From Eledone cirrhosa (taxonomy: Eukaryota), in assembly GCA_964016885.1 (NCBI GenBank), contig OZ024743.1, positions 113,398,001 to 113,462,000 on the forward strand: a DNA stretch of 64,000 nucleotides, read 5' to 3'. Numbering within the stretch: the first letter of the stretch is position 1; each line of letters begins with the position of its first letter. A program made the translations under genes and the position numbers. The notes under the pieces are model-generated. The model did no database searches. It saw only the letters and a list, made by a program, of their open reading frames with translations, and was not told the DNA's origin. This document shows positions 42,901-58,182 of this stretch, piece after piece.

Positions 42901-45900
42901 ACACCACCACCACCAACAGTAACTCCAACACCATCAACAATAACACCACCACCACCAACAGCAACTCCAACACCATCAACAATAACACCACCACCACCAA
43001 CAGCAACTCCAACACCATCAATAATAACACCACCACCACCAACAGCAACTCCAACACCATCAACAATAACACCACCACCACCAACGACAACTCCAACACC
43101 ATCAACAATAACACCACCACCACCAACAGCAACTCCAACACCATCAACAATAACACCACCACCACCAACAGCAACTCCATCACCATCAACAATAACACCA
43201 CCACCACCAACAGCAACCCCAACACCATCAACAATAACACCACCACCACCAACAGCAACTCCAACACCATCAACAATAACACCACCACCACCAACAGCAA
43301 CTCCAACACCATCAACAATAACACCACCACCACCAACAGCAACTCCAACACCATCAACAATAACACCACCACCACCAACAGCAACTCCAACACCATCAAC
43401 AATAACACCACCAACAACAACTCCAACACCATCAATAATAACACCACCACCACCAACAGCAACTCCAACACCATCAACAATAACAACACCACCACCAACA
43501 GCAACTCCAACACCATCAACAATAACACCACCACCACCAACAGCAACTCCAACACCATCAACAATAACACCACCACCACCAACAGCAACTCCAACACCAT
43601 CAATAATAACACCACCACCACCAACAGCAACTCCAACACCATCAACAATAACACCACCACCACCAACAGCAACTCCAACACCATCAACAATAACACCACC
43701 ACCACCAACAGCAACTCCAACACCATCAACAATAACACCACCAACAACAACTCCAACACCATCAACAATAACACCACCACCACCAACAGCAACTCCAACA
43801 CCATCAATAATAACACCACCACCACCAACAGCAACTCCAACACCATCAACAATAACACCACCACCACCAACAGAAACTCCAACACCATCAACAATAACAC
43901 CACCAACAACAACTCCAACACCATCAACAATAACACCACCACCACCAACAGCAACTCCAACACCATCAACAATAACACCACCAACAACAACTCCAACACC
44001 ATCAACAATAACACCACCACCACCAACAGCAACTCCAACACCATCAATAATAACACCACCACCACCAACAGCAACTCCAACACCATCAACAATAACACCA
44101 CCACCACCAACAGCAACTCCAACACCATCAACAATAACACCACCACCACCAACAGCAACTCCATCACCATCAACAATAACACCACCACCACCAACAGCAA
44201 CCCCAACACCATCAACAATAACACCACCACCACCAACAGCAACTCCAACACCATCAACAATAACACCACCACCACCAACAGCAACTCCAACACCATCAAC
44301 AATAACACCACCACCACCAACAGCAACTCCAACACCATCAACAATAACACCACCACCACCAACAGCAACTCCAACACCATCAACAATTACACCACCACCA
44401 CCAACAGCAACTCCAACACCATCAACAATAACACCACTACCACCAACAACAACAACTCCAACACCATCAACAATAACACCACCACCACCAACAGCAACTC
44501 CAACACCATCAACAATAACACCACCACCACCAACAGCAACTCCAACACCATCAACAATAACACCACCACCACCAACAGCAACTCCAACACCATCAACAAT
44601 AACACCACCACCACCAACAGCAACTCCAACACCATCAACAATAACACCACCACCACCAACAGCAACTCCAACACCATCAACAATAACACCACCACCACCA
44701 ACAGCAACTCCAACACCATCAACAATAACACCACCACCACCAACAGCAACTCCAACACCATCAACAATAACACCACCACCACCAACAGCAACTCCAACAC
44801 CATCAACAATAACACCACCAACAACAACTCCAACACCATCAATAATAACACCACCACCACCAACAGCAACTCCAACACCATCAACAATAACAACACCACC
44901 ACCAACAGCAACTCCAACACCATCAACAATAACACCACCACCACCAACAGCAACTCCAACACCATCAACAATAACACCACCACCACCAACAGCAACTCCA
45001 ACACCATCAATAATAACACCACCACCACCAACAGCAACTCCAACACCATCAACAATAACACCACCACCACCAACAGCAACTCCAACACCATCAACAATAA
45101 CACCACCACCACCAACAGCAACTCCAACACCATCAACAATAACACCACCAACAACAACTCCAACACCATCAACAATAACACCACCACCACCAACAGCAAC
45201 TCCAACACCATCAATAATAACACCACCACCACCAACAGCAACTCCAACACCATCAACAATAACACCACCACCACCAACAGAAACTCCAACACCATCAACA
45301 ATAACACCACCAACAACAACTCCAACACCATCAACAATAACACCACCACCACCAACAGCAACTCCAACACCATCAACAATAACACCACCAACAACAACTC
45401 CAACACCATCAACAATAACACCACCACCACCAACAGCAACTCCAACACCATCAATAATAACACCACCACCACCAACAGCAACTCCAACACCATCAACAAT
45501 AACACCACCACCACCAACAGCAACTCCAACACCATCAATAATAACACCACCACCACCAACAGCAACTCCAACACCATCAACAATAACACCACCACCACCA
45601 ACAGCAACTCCAACACCATCAACAATAACACCACCAACAACAACTCCAACACCATCAACAATAACACCACCACCACCAACAGCAACTCCAACACCATCAA
45701 CAATAACACCACCACCACCAACAGCATTCCAACACCATCAACAATAACACCACCACCACCAACAGCAACTCCAACACCATCAACAATAACACCACCAACA
45801 ACAACTCCAACACCATCAATAATAACACCACCACCACCAACAGCAACTCCAACACCATCAACAATAACAACACCACCACCAACAGCAACTCCAACACCAT

Positions 45901-48900
45901 CAACAATAACACCACCACCACCAACAGCAACTCCAACACCATCAACAATAACACCACCACCACCAACAGCAACTCCAACACCATCAATAATAACACCACC
46001 ACCACCAACAGCAACTCCAACACCATCAACAATAACACCACCACCACCAACAGCAACTCCAACACCATCAATAATAACACCACCACCACCAACAGCAACT
46101 CCAACACCATCAACAATAACACAACCACCACCAACAGAAACTCCAACACCATCAACAATAACACCACCAACAACAACTCCAACACCATCAACAATAACAC
46201 CACCACCACCAACAGCAACTCCAACACCATCAACAATAACACCACCAACAACAACTCCAACACCATCAACAATAACACCACCACCACCAACAGCAACTCC
46301 AACACCATCAATAATAACACCACCACCACCAACAGCAACTCTAACACCATCAACAATAACACCACCACCACCAACAGCAACTCCAACACCATCAATAATA
46401 ACACCACCACCACCAACAGCAACTCCAACACCATCAACAATAACACCACCACCACCAACAGCAACTCCAACACCATCAACAATAACACCACCAACAACAA
46501 CTCCAACACCATCAACAATAACACCACCACCACCAACAGCAACTCCAACACCATCAACAATAACACCACCACCACCAACAGCAACTCCAACACATCAACA
46601 ATAACACCACCAACAACAACTCCAACACCATCAACAATAACACCACCACCACCAACAACAACTCCAACACCATCAACAATAACACCACCACCACCAACAG
46701 CAACTACAACACCATCAACAATAACACCACCAACACCAACAGCAACTCCAACACCATCAACAATAACACCACCACCACCAACAGCAACTCCAACACCATC
46801 AACAATAACACCACCACCACCAACAGCAACTCCAACACCATCAACAATAACACCACCACCACCAACAGCAACTCCAACACCATCAACAATAACACCACCA
46901 CCACCAACAGCAACTCCAACACCATCAACAATAACACCACCACCACCAACAACAACTCCAACACCATCAACAATAACACCACCACCACCAACAACAACTC
47001 CAACACCACCACCACCAACAACACCACCACCACCAACAGCAACTCCAACACCATCAACCATAACACCACCAACAACAACAGCAACTCCAACACCATCAAC
47101 AATAACACCACCACCACCAACATCAACTACAACACCATCACCAATAACACCACCACCACCAACAGCAACTCCAACACCATCAACAATAACACCACCAACA
47201 ACAACAGCAACTCCAACACCATCAACAATAACACCACCACCACCAACAGCAACTCCAACACCATCAACAATAACACCACCACCACCAACAGCAACTCCAA
47301 CACCATCAACAATAACACCACCACCACCAACAGCAACTCCAACACAATCAACAATAACACCACCACCACCAACAGCAACTCCAACACCATCAACAATAAC
47401 ACCACCACCACCAACAGCAACTCCAACACCATCAATAATAACACCACCACCACCAACAGCAACTCCAACACCATCAACAATAACACCACCACCACCAACA
47501 GCAACTCCAACACCATCAACAATAACACCACCACCACCAACAGCAACTCCAACACCATCAACAATAACACCACCAACAACAACTCCAACACCATCAACAA
47601 TAACACCACCACCACCAACAGCAACTCCAACACCATCAATAATAACACCACCACCACCAACAGCAACTCCAACACCATCAACAATAACACCACCACCACC
47701 AACAGAAACTCCAACACCATCAACAATAACACCACCAACAACAACTCCAACACCATCAACAATAACACCACCACCACCAACAGCAACTCCAACACCATCA
47801 ACAATAACACCACCAACAACAACTCCAACACCATCAACAATAACACCACCACCACCAACAGCAACTCCAACACCATCAATAATAACACCACCACCACCAA
47901 CAGCAACTCCAACACCATCAACAATAACACCACCACCACCAACAGCAACTCCAACACCATCAATAATAACACCACCACCACCAACAGCAACTCCAACACC
48001 ATCAACAATAACACCACCACCACCAACAGCAACTCCAACACCATCAACAATAACACCACCAACAACAACTCCAACACCATCAACAATAACACCACCACCA
48101 CCAACAGCAACTCCAACACCATCAACAATAACACCACCACCACCAACAGCATTCCAACACCATCAACAATAACACCACCACCACCAACAGCAACTCCAAC
48201 ACCATCAACAATAACACCACCAACAACAACTCCAACACCATCAATAATAACACCACCACCACCAACAGCAACTCCAACACCATCAACAATAACAACACCA
48301 CCACCAACAGCAACTCCAACACCATCAACAATAACACCACCACCACCAACAGCAACTCCAACACCATCAACAATAACACCACCACCACCAACAGCAACTC
48401 CAACACCATCAATAATAACACCACCACCACCAACAGCAACTCCAACACCATCAACAATAACACCACCACCACCAACAGCAACTCCAACACCATCAATAAT
48501 AACACCACCACCACCAACAGCAACTCCAACACCATCAACAATAACACAACCACCACCAACAGAAACTCCAACACCATCAACAATAACACCACCAACAACA
48601 ACTCCAACACCATCAACAATAACACCACCACCACCAACAGCAACTCCAACACCATCAACAATAACACCACCAACAACAACTCCAACACCATCAACAATAA
48701 CACCACCACCACCAACAGCAACTCCAACACCATCAATAATAACACCACCACCACCAACAGCAACTCTAACACCATCAACAATAACACCACCACCACCAAC
48801 AGCAACTCCAACACCATCAATAATAACACCACCACCACCAACAGCAACTCCAACACCATCAACAATAACACCACCACCACCAACAGCAACTCCAACACCA

Positions 48901-51900
48901 TCAACAATAACACCACCAACAACAACTCCAACACCATCAACAATAACACCACCACCACCAACAGCAACTCCAACACCATCAACAATAACACCACCACCAC
49001 CAACAGCAACTCCAACACATCAACAATAACACCACCAACAACAACTCCAACACCATCAACAATAACACCACCACCACCAACAACAACTCCAACACCATCA
49101 ACAATAACACCACCACCACCAACAGCAACTACAACACCATCAACAATAACACCACCAACACCAACAGCAACTCCAACACCATCAACAATAACACCACCAC
49201 CACCAACAGCAACTCCAACACCATCAACAATAACACCACCACCACCAACAGCAACTCCAACACCATCAACAATAACACCACCACCACCAACAGCAACTCC
49301 AACACCATCAACAATAACACCACCACCACCAACAGCAACTCCAACACCATCAACAATAACACCACCACCACCAACAACAACTCCAACACCATCAACAATA
49401 ACACCACCACCACCAACAACAACTCCAACACCACCACCACCAACAACACCACCACCACCAACAGCAACTCCAACACCATCAACCATAACACCACCAACAA
49501 CAACAGCAACTCCAACACCATCAACAATAACACTACCACCACCAACATCAACTACAACACCATCACCAATAACACCACCACCACCAACAGCAACTCCAAC
49601 ACCATCAACAATAACACCACCAACAACAACAGCAACTCCAACACCATCAACAATAACACCACCACCACCAACAGCAACTCCAACACCATCAACAATAACA
49701 CCACCACCACCAACAGCAACTCCAACACCATCAACAATAACACCACCACCACCAACAGCAACTCCAACACAATCAACAATAACACCACCACCACCAACAG
49801 CAACTCCAACACCATCAACAATAACACCACCACCACCAACAGCAACTCCAACACCATCAACAATAACACCACCACCACCAACAGCAATTCCAACACCATC
49901 AACAATAACACCACCACCACCAACATCAACTACAACACCATCAACAATAACACCACCACCACCAACAGCAACTCCAACACCATCAACAATAACACCACCA
50001 CCACCAACAGCAACTCCAACACCATCAACAATAACACCACCACCACCAACAGCAACTCCAACACCATCAACAATAACACCACCACCACCAACAGCAACTC
50101 CAACACCATCAACAATAACACCACCACCACCAACAGCAACTCCAACACCATCAACAATAACACCACCACCACCAACAGCAACTCCAACACCATCAACAAT
50201 AACACCACCACCACCAACAGCAACTCCAACACCATCAACAATAACACCACCACCACCAACAGCAATTCCAACACCATCAACAATAACACCACCACCACCA
50301 ACATCAACTCCAACACCATCAACAATAACACCGCCACCACCAACAGCAACTCCAACACCATCAACAATAACACCACCACCACCAACAGCAACTCCAACAC
50401 CATCAACAATAACACCACCACCACCAACAACAACTCCAACACCATCAACAATAACACCACCACCACCAACAACAACTCCAACACCATCAACAATAACACC
50501 ACCACCACCAACAGCAACCCCAACACCATCAACAATAACACCACTACCACCAACAGCAACTCCACCACCATCAACAATAACACCACCACCACCAACAGAA
50601 ACTCCAACACCATCAACAATAACACCACCACCACCAACAGCAACTCCAACACCATCAACAATAACACCACCACCACCAACAGCAACTCCAACACCATCAA
50701 CAATAACACCACCACCACCACCAACAGCAACTCCAACACCATCAACAATAACACCACCACCACCAACAGCAACTCCAACACCATCAACAATAACACCACC
50801 ACTACCAACAGCAACTCCACCACCATCAACAATAACACCACCACCACCAACAGCAACTCCAACACCATCAACAATAACACCACCACCACCAACAACAACT
50901 CCAACACCATCACCAATAACACCACCACCACCAACAGCAACTCCAACACCATCAACAATAACACCACCACCACCAACAGCAACTCCAACACCATCAACAA
51001 TAACACCACCACCACCAACAGCAACTCCAACACCATCAACAATAACACCACCACCACCAACAGCAACTCCAACACCATCAACAATAACACCAACACCAAC
51101 AGCAACTCCAACACCATCAACAATAACACCACCACCACCAACAGCAACTCCACCACCATCAACAATAACACTACCACCACCAACAGCAACTCCAACACCA
51201 TCAACAATAACACCACCACCACCAACAACAACAACTCCAACACCATCAACAATAACACCACCACCACCAACAGCAACTCCAACACCATCAACAATAACAC
51301 CACCACCACCAACAGCAACTCCAACACCATCAACAATAAAACCACCACCACCAACAACAACTCCAACACCATCAACAATAACACCACCACCACCAACAAC
51401 AACTCCAACACCATCAACAATAACACCACCACCACCAACAGCAACCCCAACACCATCAACAATAACACCACTACCACCAACAGCAACTCCACCACCATCA
51501 ACAATAACACCACCACCACCAACAGCAACTCCAACACCATCAACAATAACACCACCACCACCAACAGCAACTCCAACACCATCAACAATAACACCACCAC
51601 CACCAACAGCAACTCCAACACCATCAACAATAACACCACCACCACCAACAGCAACTCCAACACCATCAACAATAACACCACCACCACCAACAGCAACTCC
51701 ACCACCATCAACAATAACACCACCACCACCAACAGCAACTCCAACACCATCAACAATAACACCACCACCACCAACAACAACTCCAACACCATCACCAATA
51801 ACACCACCACCACCAACAGCAACTCCAACACCATCAACAATAACACCACCACCACCAACAGCAACTCCAACATCATCAACAATAACACCACCACCACCAA

Positions 51901-54900
51901 CAGCAACTCCAACACCATCAACAATAACACCACCACCACCAACAGCAACTCCAACACCATCAACAATAACACCAACACCAACAGCAACTCCAACACCATC
52001 AACAATAACACCACCACCACCAACAGCAACTCCACCACCATCAACAATAACACTACCACCACCAACAGCAACTCCAACACCATCAACAATAACACCACCA
52101 CCACCAACAACAACAACTCCAACACCATCAACAATAACACCACCACCACCAACAGCAACTCCAACACCATCAACAATTACACCACCACCACCAACAGCAA
52201 CTCCAACACCATCAACAATAACACCACCACCACCAACAGCAACTCCAACACCATGAACAATAACACCACCACCACCAACAACAACAACTCCAACACCATC
52301 AACAATAACACCACCACCACCAACAGTAACTCCAACACCATCAACAATAACACAACCACCACCAACAGCAACTCCAACACCATCAACAATAACACCACCA
52401 CCACCAACAGCAACTCCAACACCATCAACAATTACACCACCACCACCAACAGCAACTCCAACACCATCAACAATAACACCACCACCACCAACAACAACTC
52501 CAACACCACCACCACCAACAACACCACCACAACCAACAGCAACTCCAACACCATCAACAATAACACCACCACCACCAACAGCAACTCCAACACCATCAAC
52601 AATAACACCACCACCAACAACAACTCCAACACCACCACCACCAACAACACCACCACCACCAACAGTAACTCCAACACCATCAACAATAACACCACCACCA
52701 CCAACAACAACTCGAACACCACCACCACCAACAACACCACCAACAACACCACCACCACCAACAGCAACTCCAACACCATCAACAATAACACCACCACCAC
52801 CAACAACAACTCCAACACCACCACCACCAACAACACCACCACCACCAACAGTAACTCCAACACCATCAACAATAACACCACCACCACCAACAACAACTCC
52901 AACACCACCACCAACAACACCACCACCACCAACAGTAACTCCAACACCATCAACAATAATACCACCACCACCAACAACAACTCCAACACCACCACCACCA
53001 ACAACACCACCACCACCAACAGCAACTCCAACACCATCAACAATAACACCACCACCACCAATAACAACTCCAACACCACCACCACCAACAACACCACCAC
53101 CACCAACAGTAACTCCAACACCATCAACAATAACACCACCACCACCAACAGCAACTCCAACACCATCAACAATTATACCACCACCACCAACAGCAACTCC
53201 AACACCATCAACAATTACACCACCACCACCAACAGCAACTCCAACACCATCAACAATAACACCACCACCACCAACAGCAACTCCAACACCATCAACAATA
53301 ACACCACCACCAACAACAACAACTCCAACAACATCAACAATAACACCACCACCACCAACAGCAACTCCAACACCATCAACAATAACACCACCACCACCAA
53401 CAGCAACTCCAACAACATCAACAATAACACCACCACCACCAACAGCAACTCCAACACCATCAACAATAACACCACCACCACCAACAGCAACTCCACCACC
53501 ATCAACAATAACACCACCACCACCAACAGCAACTCCAACACCATCAACAATAACACCACCACCACCAACAGCAACTCCAACACCATCAACAATTACACCA
53601 CCACCACCAACAGCAACTCCAACACCATCAACAATAACACCACCACCACCACCAACAGCAACTCCAACACCATCAACAATAACACCACCACCACCAACAA
53701 CAACTCCAACACCATCAACAATAACACCACCACCACCAACAGCAACTCCAACACCATCAACAATAACACCACCACCACCAACAGCAACTCCAACACCATC
53801 AACAATAACACCACCACCACCAACAGCAACTCCAACACCATCAACAATAACACCACCACCACCACCAACAACTACTCCAACACCATCAACAATAACACCA
53901 CCACCACCAACAGCAACTCCAACACCATCAACAATTACACCACCACCACCAACAGCAACTCCAACACCATCAACAATAACACCACCACCACCAACAGCAA
54001 CTCCAACACCATCAACAATAACACCACCACCACCAACAGCAACTCCAACACCATCAACAATAACACCACCACCACCAACAGCAACTCCAACACCATCAAC
54101 AATAACACCACCACCACCAACAGCAACTCCAAACCATCAACAATAACACCACCACAACCAACAGTAACTCCAACACCATCACCAATAACACCACCACCAC
54201 CAACAGCAACTCCAACACCATCAACAATAACACTACCACCACCACCAGCAACTCCAACACCATCAACAATAAAACCACCACCACCAACAGCAACTACAAC
54301 ACCATCAACAATAACACCACCACAACCAACAGTAACTCCAACACCATCACCAATAACACCACCACCACCAACAGCAACTCCAACCCCATCAACAATAACA
54401 CCACCACCACCAACAACAACTCCAACACCATCAACAATAACACCACCACCACCAACAGCAACTCCAGCACCATCAACAATAACACCACCACCACCAACAG
54501 CAACTCCACCACCATCAACAATAACACCACCACCAACAACAACAACTCGAACAACATCAACAATAACACCACCACCACCAACAGCAACAGCAACTCCAAC
54601 ACCATCAACAATAACACCACCACAATCAACAGTAACTCCAACACCATCACCAATAACACCACCACCACCAACAGCAACTCCAACACCATCAACAATAACA
54701 CCACCACCACCAACAGCAACTCCAACACCATCAACAATAACACCACCACAACCAACAGCAACTCCAACACCATCAACAATAACACCACCACCACCAACAG
54801 CAACTCCAACACCATCAACAATAACACCACCACCACCAACAGCAACAGCAACTCCAACACCATCAACAATAACACCACCACAATCAACAGTAACTCCAAC

Positions 54901-55830
54901 ACCATCACCAATAACACCACCACCACCAACAGCAACTCCAACACCATCAACAATAACACCACCACCACCAACAGCAACTCCAATACCATCAACAATAACA
55001 CCACCACCACCAACAGCAACTCCAACACCATCAACAATAACACCACCACCACCAACAGCAACTCCAACACCATCAACAATAACACCACCACCACCAACAG
55101 CAACTCCAACACCATCAACAATAACACCACCACAACCAACAGCAACTCCAACACCATCAACAATAACACCACCACCACCAACAGCAACTCCACCACCATC
55201 AACAATAACACCACCACCACCAACAGCAACTCCAACACCATCAACAATAACACCACCAACACCAACAGCAACTCCAACACCATCAACAATAACACCACCA
55301 CCACCAACAGCAACCCCAACACCATCAACAATAACAACACCACCACCAACAACAACTCCATCACCATCAACAATAACACCACCACCACCAACAGCAACTC
55401 CAACACCATCAACAATAACACCACCACCACCAACAGCAACTCCAACACCATCAACAATAACACCACCCCCACCAACAGCAACTCCAACACCATCAACAAT
55501 AACACCACCACCACCAACAGCAACTCCACCACCACCACCAACAACAACACCACCACCACCAACAGCAACTCCACCACCACCACCAACAACAACACCACCA
55601 CCACCAACAACAGCAATAATAACATGAACAGCAACAAGTCCAACACCACCAACACCACCAGCAACAACTCCACCACCACCACCAGCAACAACTCCACCAC
55701 TCCCAAGAACAACGCCGCCAACACCCACAGCAACTCCACCACCACCACCACCACCACCACCACCACCAACACCAACAACAACTCCACCACCACCACCAAC
55801 ACAACCACCAACAACAACAACAACAACTCA
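39990..55830. repeat. ~15-kb 42-bp minisatellite (about 350 units) with degenerate (CAA/CAC)n flanks
   Basis: Unit AACACCACCACCACCAACAGCAACTCCAACACCATCAACAAT from ~40580 to ~55520; shorter and 45-bp variants; 2425-bp higher-order duplication. Confidence 0.97.
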
Positions 55831-55900
55831 TATATACATAGGCCTAATGAGTTAGACCATATTCCCTACTTTACCATCTTATATATATCACTTTTATAAG

Positions 55901-55931
<31 letters not shown>

Positions 55932-56005
55932 CGTAGGTCCCGGGTTGAGTCGGGGATAACCACAGTAAGTAAGGTACTCAATACATGGCAGAGTAAAATT
56001 TTTTT

Positions 56006-56130
56006 ATTTTATAGAAGGAGCTTCTACAAGACTAGTACTGTTTCATTCAGATGAAATCTTCAGGAAGAGCTTCCTGAAGATTTCATCTGAATGAAACAGT
56101 ACTAGTCTTGTAGAAGCTCCTTCTATAAAA

Positions 56131-56131
<1 letters not shown>
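56006..56131. ncRNA. Perfect palindrome carrying a hammerhead core on both strands
   Basis: Plus strand: gagcttc-CTGAAGA-t-ttc-atct-gaa-t-GAAA-cag-tactagtc-ttg-TA-gaagctc (56067-56119); ~62-bp arms, 2-nt centre; (TA)n on both sides of the insert. Confidence 0.85.
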
Positions 56132-56161
<30 letters not shown>

Positions 56162-57169
56162 TGTATGTCCGTTTGTTAAGCTATGTATCAGATAGCCTAT
56201 ATGTATCTGCATGTCTGTTTATGTATCGTTACCTTTCCGCATATAATTTCTTACTTTGCAAGACACTATTGTGGGTGAAAGAGACAGAGAGGGGGGGGGG
56301 GGGAGAAAGGATAGATATGCAATCCTATTTAGTACTTGCTCTGTTATATATGTATATCTATGCATGCTCATATGCGTGTGTGTGCATGCATAATCTGTGT
56401 GCGTATGCATGTATCTATGTATGCATGCTCATGTGTGTGTGTATGTGCATGCATGTGTGTATGTAGCAAGGAAAATGGATGCTAGATGTTAATGATAAAG
56501 ATGATATATATATATATATATATATATGTATATGTGTGTGTGCGTAAATTCAATTGTCTTGCAATGGGTGTTGACCCTTTTACCAAAGATTTAGAGCCAG
56601 AAATACTGGCACCATTTCTTTTACCATTCCACAAATCATTACTGAATCCAACTTCCAGCCAGTCTCTTGTAGCTTAAATTGTCTTCTATCTTATATAAAA
56701 AAACAAAAAAATAAAAAACAGGCCCACTCTAGTCTGTATGAAATATTTTATCCCAAAGTTTTAATCATCTGATCTTATTGGAGTTATCTTCCTTGCAGAG
56801 GTAGACTGGCCATATGAGCCTTTGGGCAATGCCTTTTATGCCACTGGGTTGGGTTAAAAAAAGAAAAACTGAAAAGATAGTCTTTAGCCAGTAGCAATGA
56901 TTAAGTGACTTGGTCTGTATTAACCCATCTCTCCCTTGTCAGTGGGGGAAATTGATGTTAAACAATGATAATAATGAGTGTATAGGTATATGAACAGAAT
57001 ATTGACTTCTAACATAAGCACAGGTTCTCATATTTTGGAGGAGATTACAACTGATATGCATGCATACACACAGAGGCATGCATGCATACACATATGTAGC
57101 AGGGCAAGTACTAAATAGGATTGTATTGTATCTATCCTTTCTCCCCCTCCCTCTGTCTTCTTCACCCAT

Positions 57170-57485
57170 TTCAGAGCATAAGCTGGCAACATCTGACTTT
57201 GAGAGAGATATATGCCGGCCTCCCACGCATATCTGTCGTTGTACATAAAAGGAGTGTAAGATTTGATGGCCACTGCCATCGTGCCACCTATGAGGCTGTG
57301 TCCCCATTAGTGCTTTGGAAACCACAAGCAGTCACTAATAACAGGGGGTGCAAGCTCTCCTATTCCAATGTCATTCCAGAGATTCTGGTATTGAAATCCA
57401 GGACTTGGCAGTGGCAATGAACGACAGACCCATGTGGAGATCAATTGTTGAGTCAATTTCGACTGAGGCCGCCCGATGATGATGA
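57170..57485 (+). mobile_element. RTE-like LINE 3' end with (GAT)n tail
   Basis: EIYAGLPRISVVVHKRSVRFDGHCHR...LVLWKP, followed by MNDRPMWRSIV and gatgatgat. Confidence 0.7.
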
Positions 57486-57492
57486 CAACTGA

Positions 57493-57729
57493 TTAATCCA
57501 TTCATCATCATATTCCTAATGAAAGACATTGCCTATGATTTTCAATTCATTTTGAACTATGACTAATTTTCTCATTCTGAATCTGATGTTTGGAACATAG
57601 TTTAACAAAGGTTCTAGTATAAAACTATGGTGAAAGGTTTTTAGGTAAATACAAACACTTTAAAAGTTCAACAACTTAGTATCATAGAACAAGGGGCATT
57701 TTGGGGCTGGTAGGCAACTAAAGGGTTAA
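57493..57729. mobile_element. piggyBac-type MITE family 2
   Basis: ttaa-tccatt ... taaaggg-ttaa; body similar to 18305-18540. Confidence 0.55.
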
Positions 57730-58128
57730 ATTAAGCTCAATACTTTATTGATACTTTTCTCAAAATCATGAAGAATAAAGGGTTAAGTTAACCTTAGCAG
57801 GATTTGAACTCAAAACATAAAGGTATCATCGTCATCATCATCATCGATTAATGTCTATCATCCATGCTAGCATGGGTTATACGGGTTTGTCCCATTTAGA
57901 GGTAAGTTGGGTCGGGTGACCATGTCTCACTCATATAGGAGTGTTTCTGACTGGTTTTCTATGGCTGGATGTCCTTCCTAATGCCAATCACATTGACAGT
58001 GTGTGCTGGGTGCTTTTTGCTGTGTCTTTTGCACGTTCACTTTACGGTGTGTGCTGGGTGCTTTTTGTTGTGACACTTACATGATCATATATATACACAC
58101 ACACACATATGCACATATCAAGATAATG

Positions 58129-58182
<54 letters not shown>

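Noticed and set aside
52253-55627. 1124-aa N/T then P/T-rich ORF, and the many V/L-rich minus-strand ORFs, as real genes
   Set aside because: They are products of the 42-bp repeat lacking stops; the ATG is a single repeat variant, the frame switches at a 1-bp deletion, and there is no non-repetitive domain.
56545-56680. Tc1/mariner transposase fragment on the minus strand
   Set aside because: Only a vague resemblance to the WPxxSPDLN region across frameshifts; not supportable by eye.
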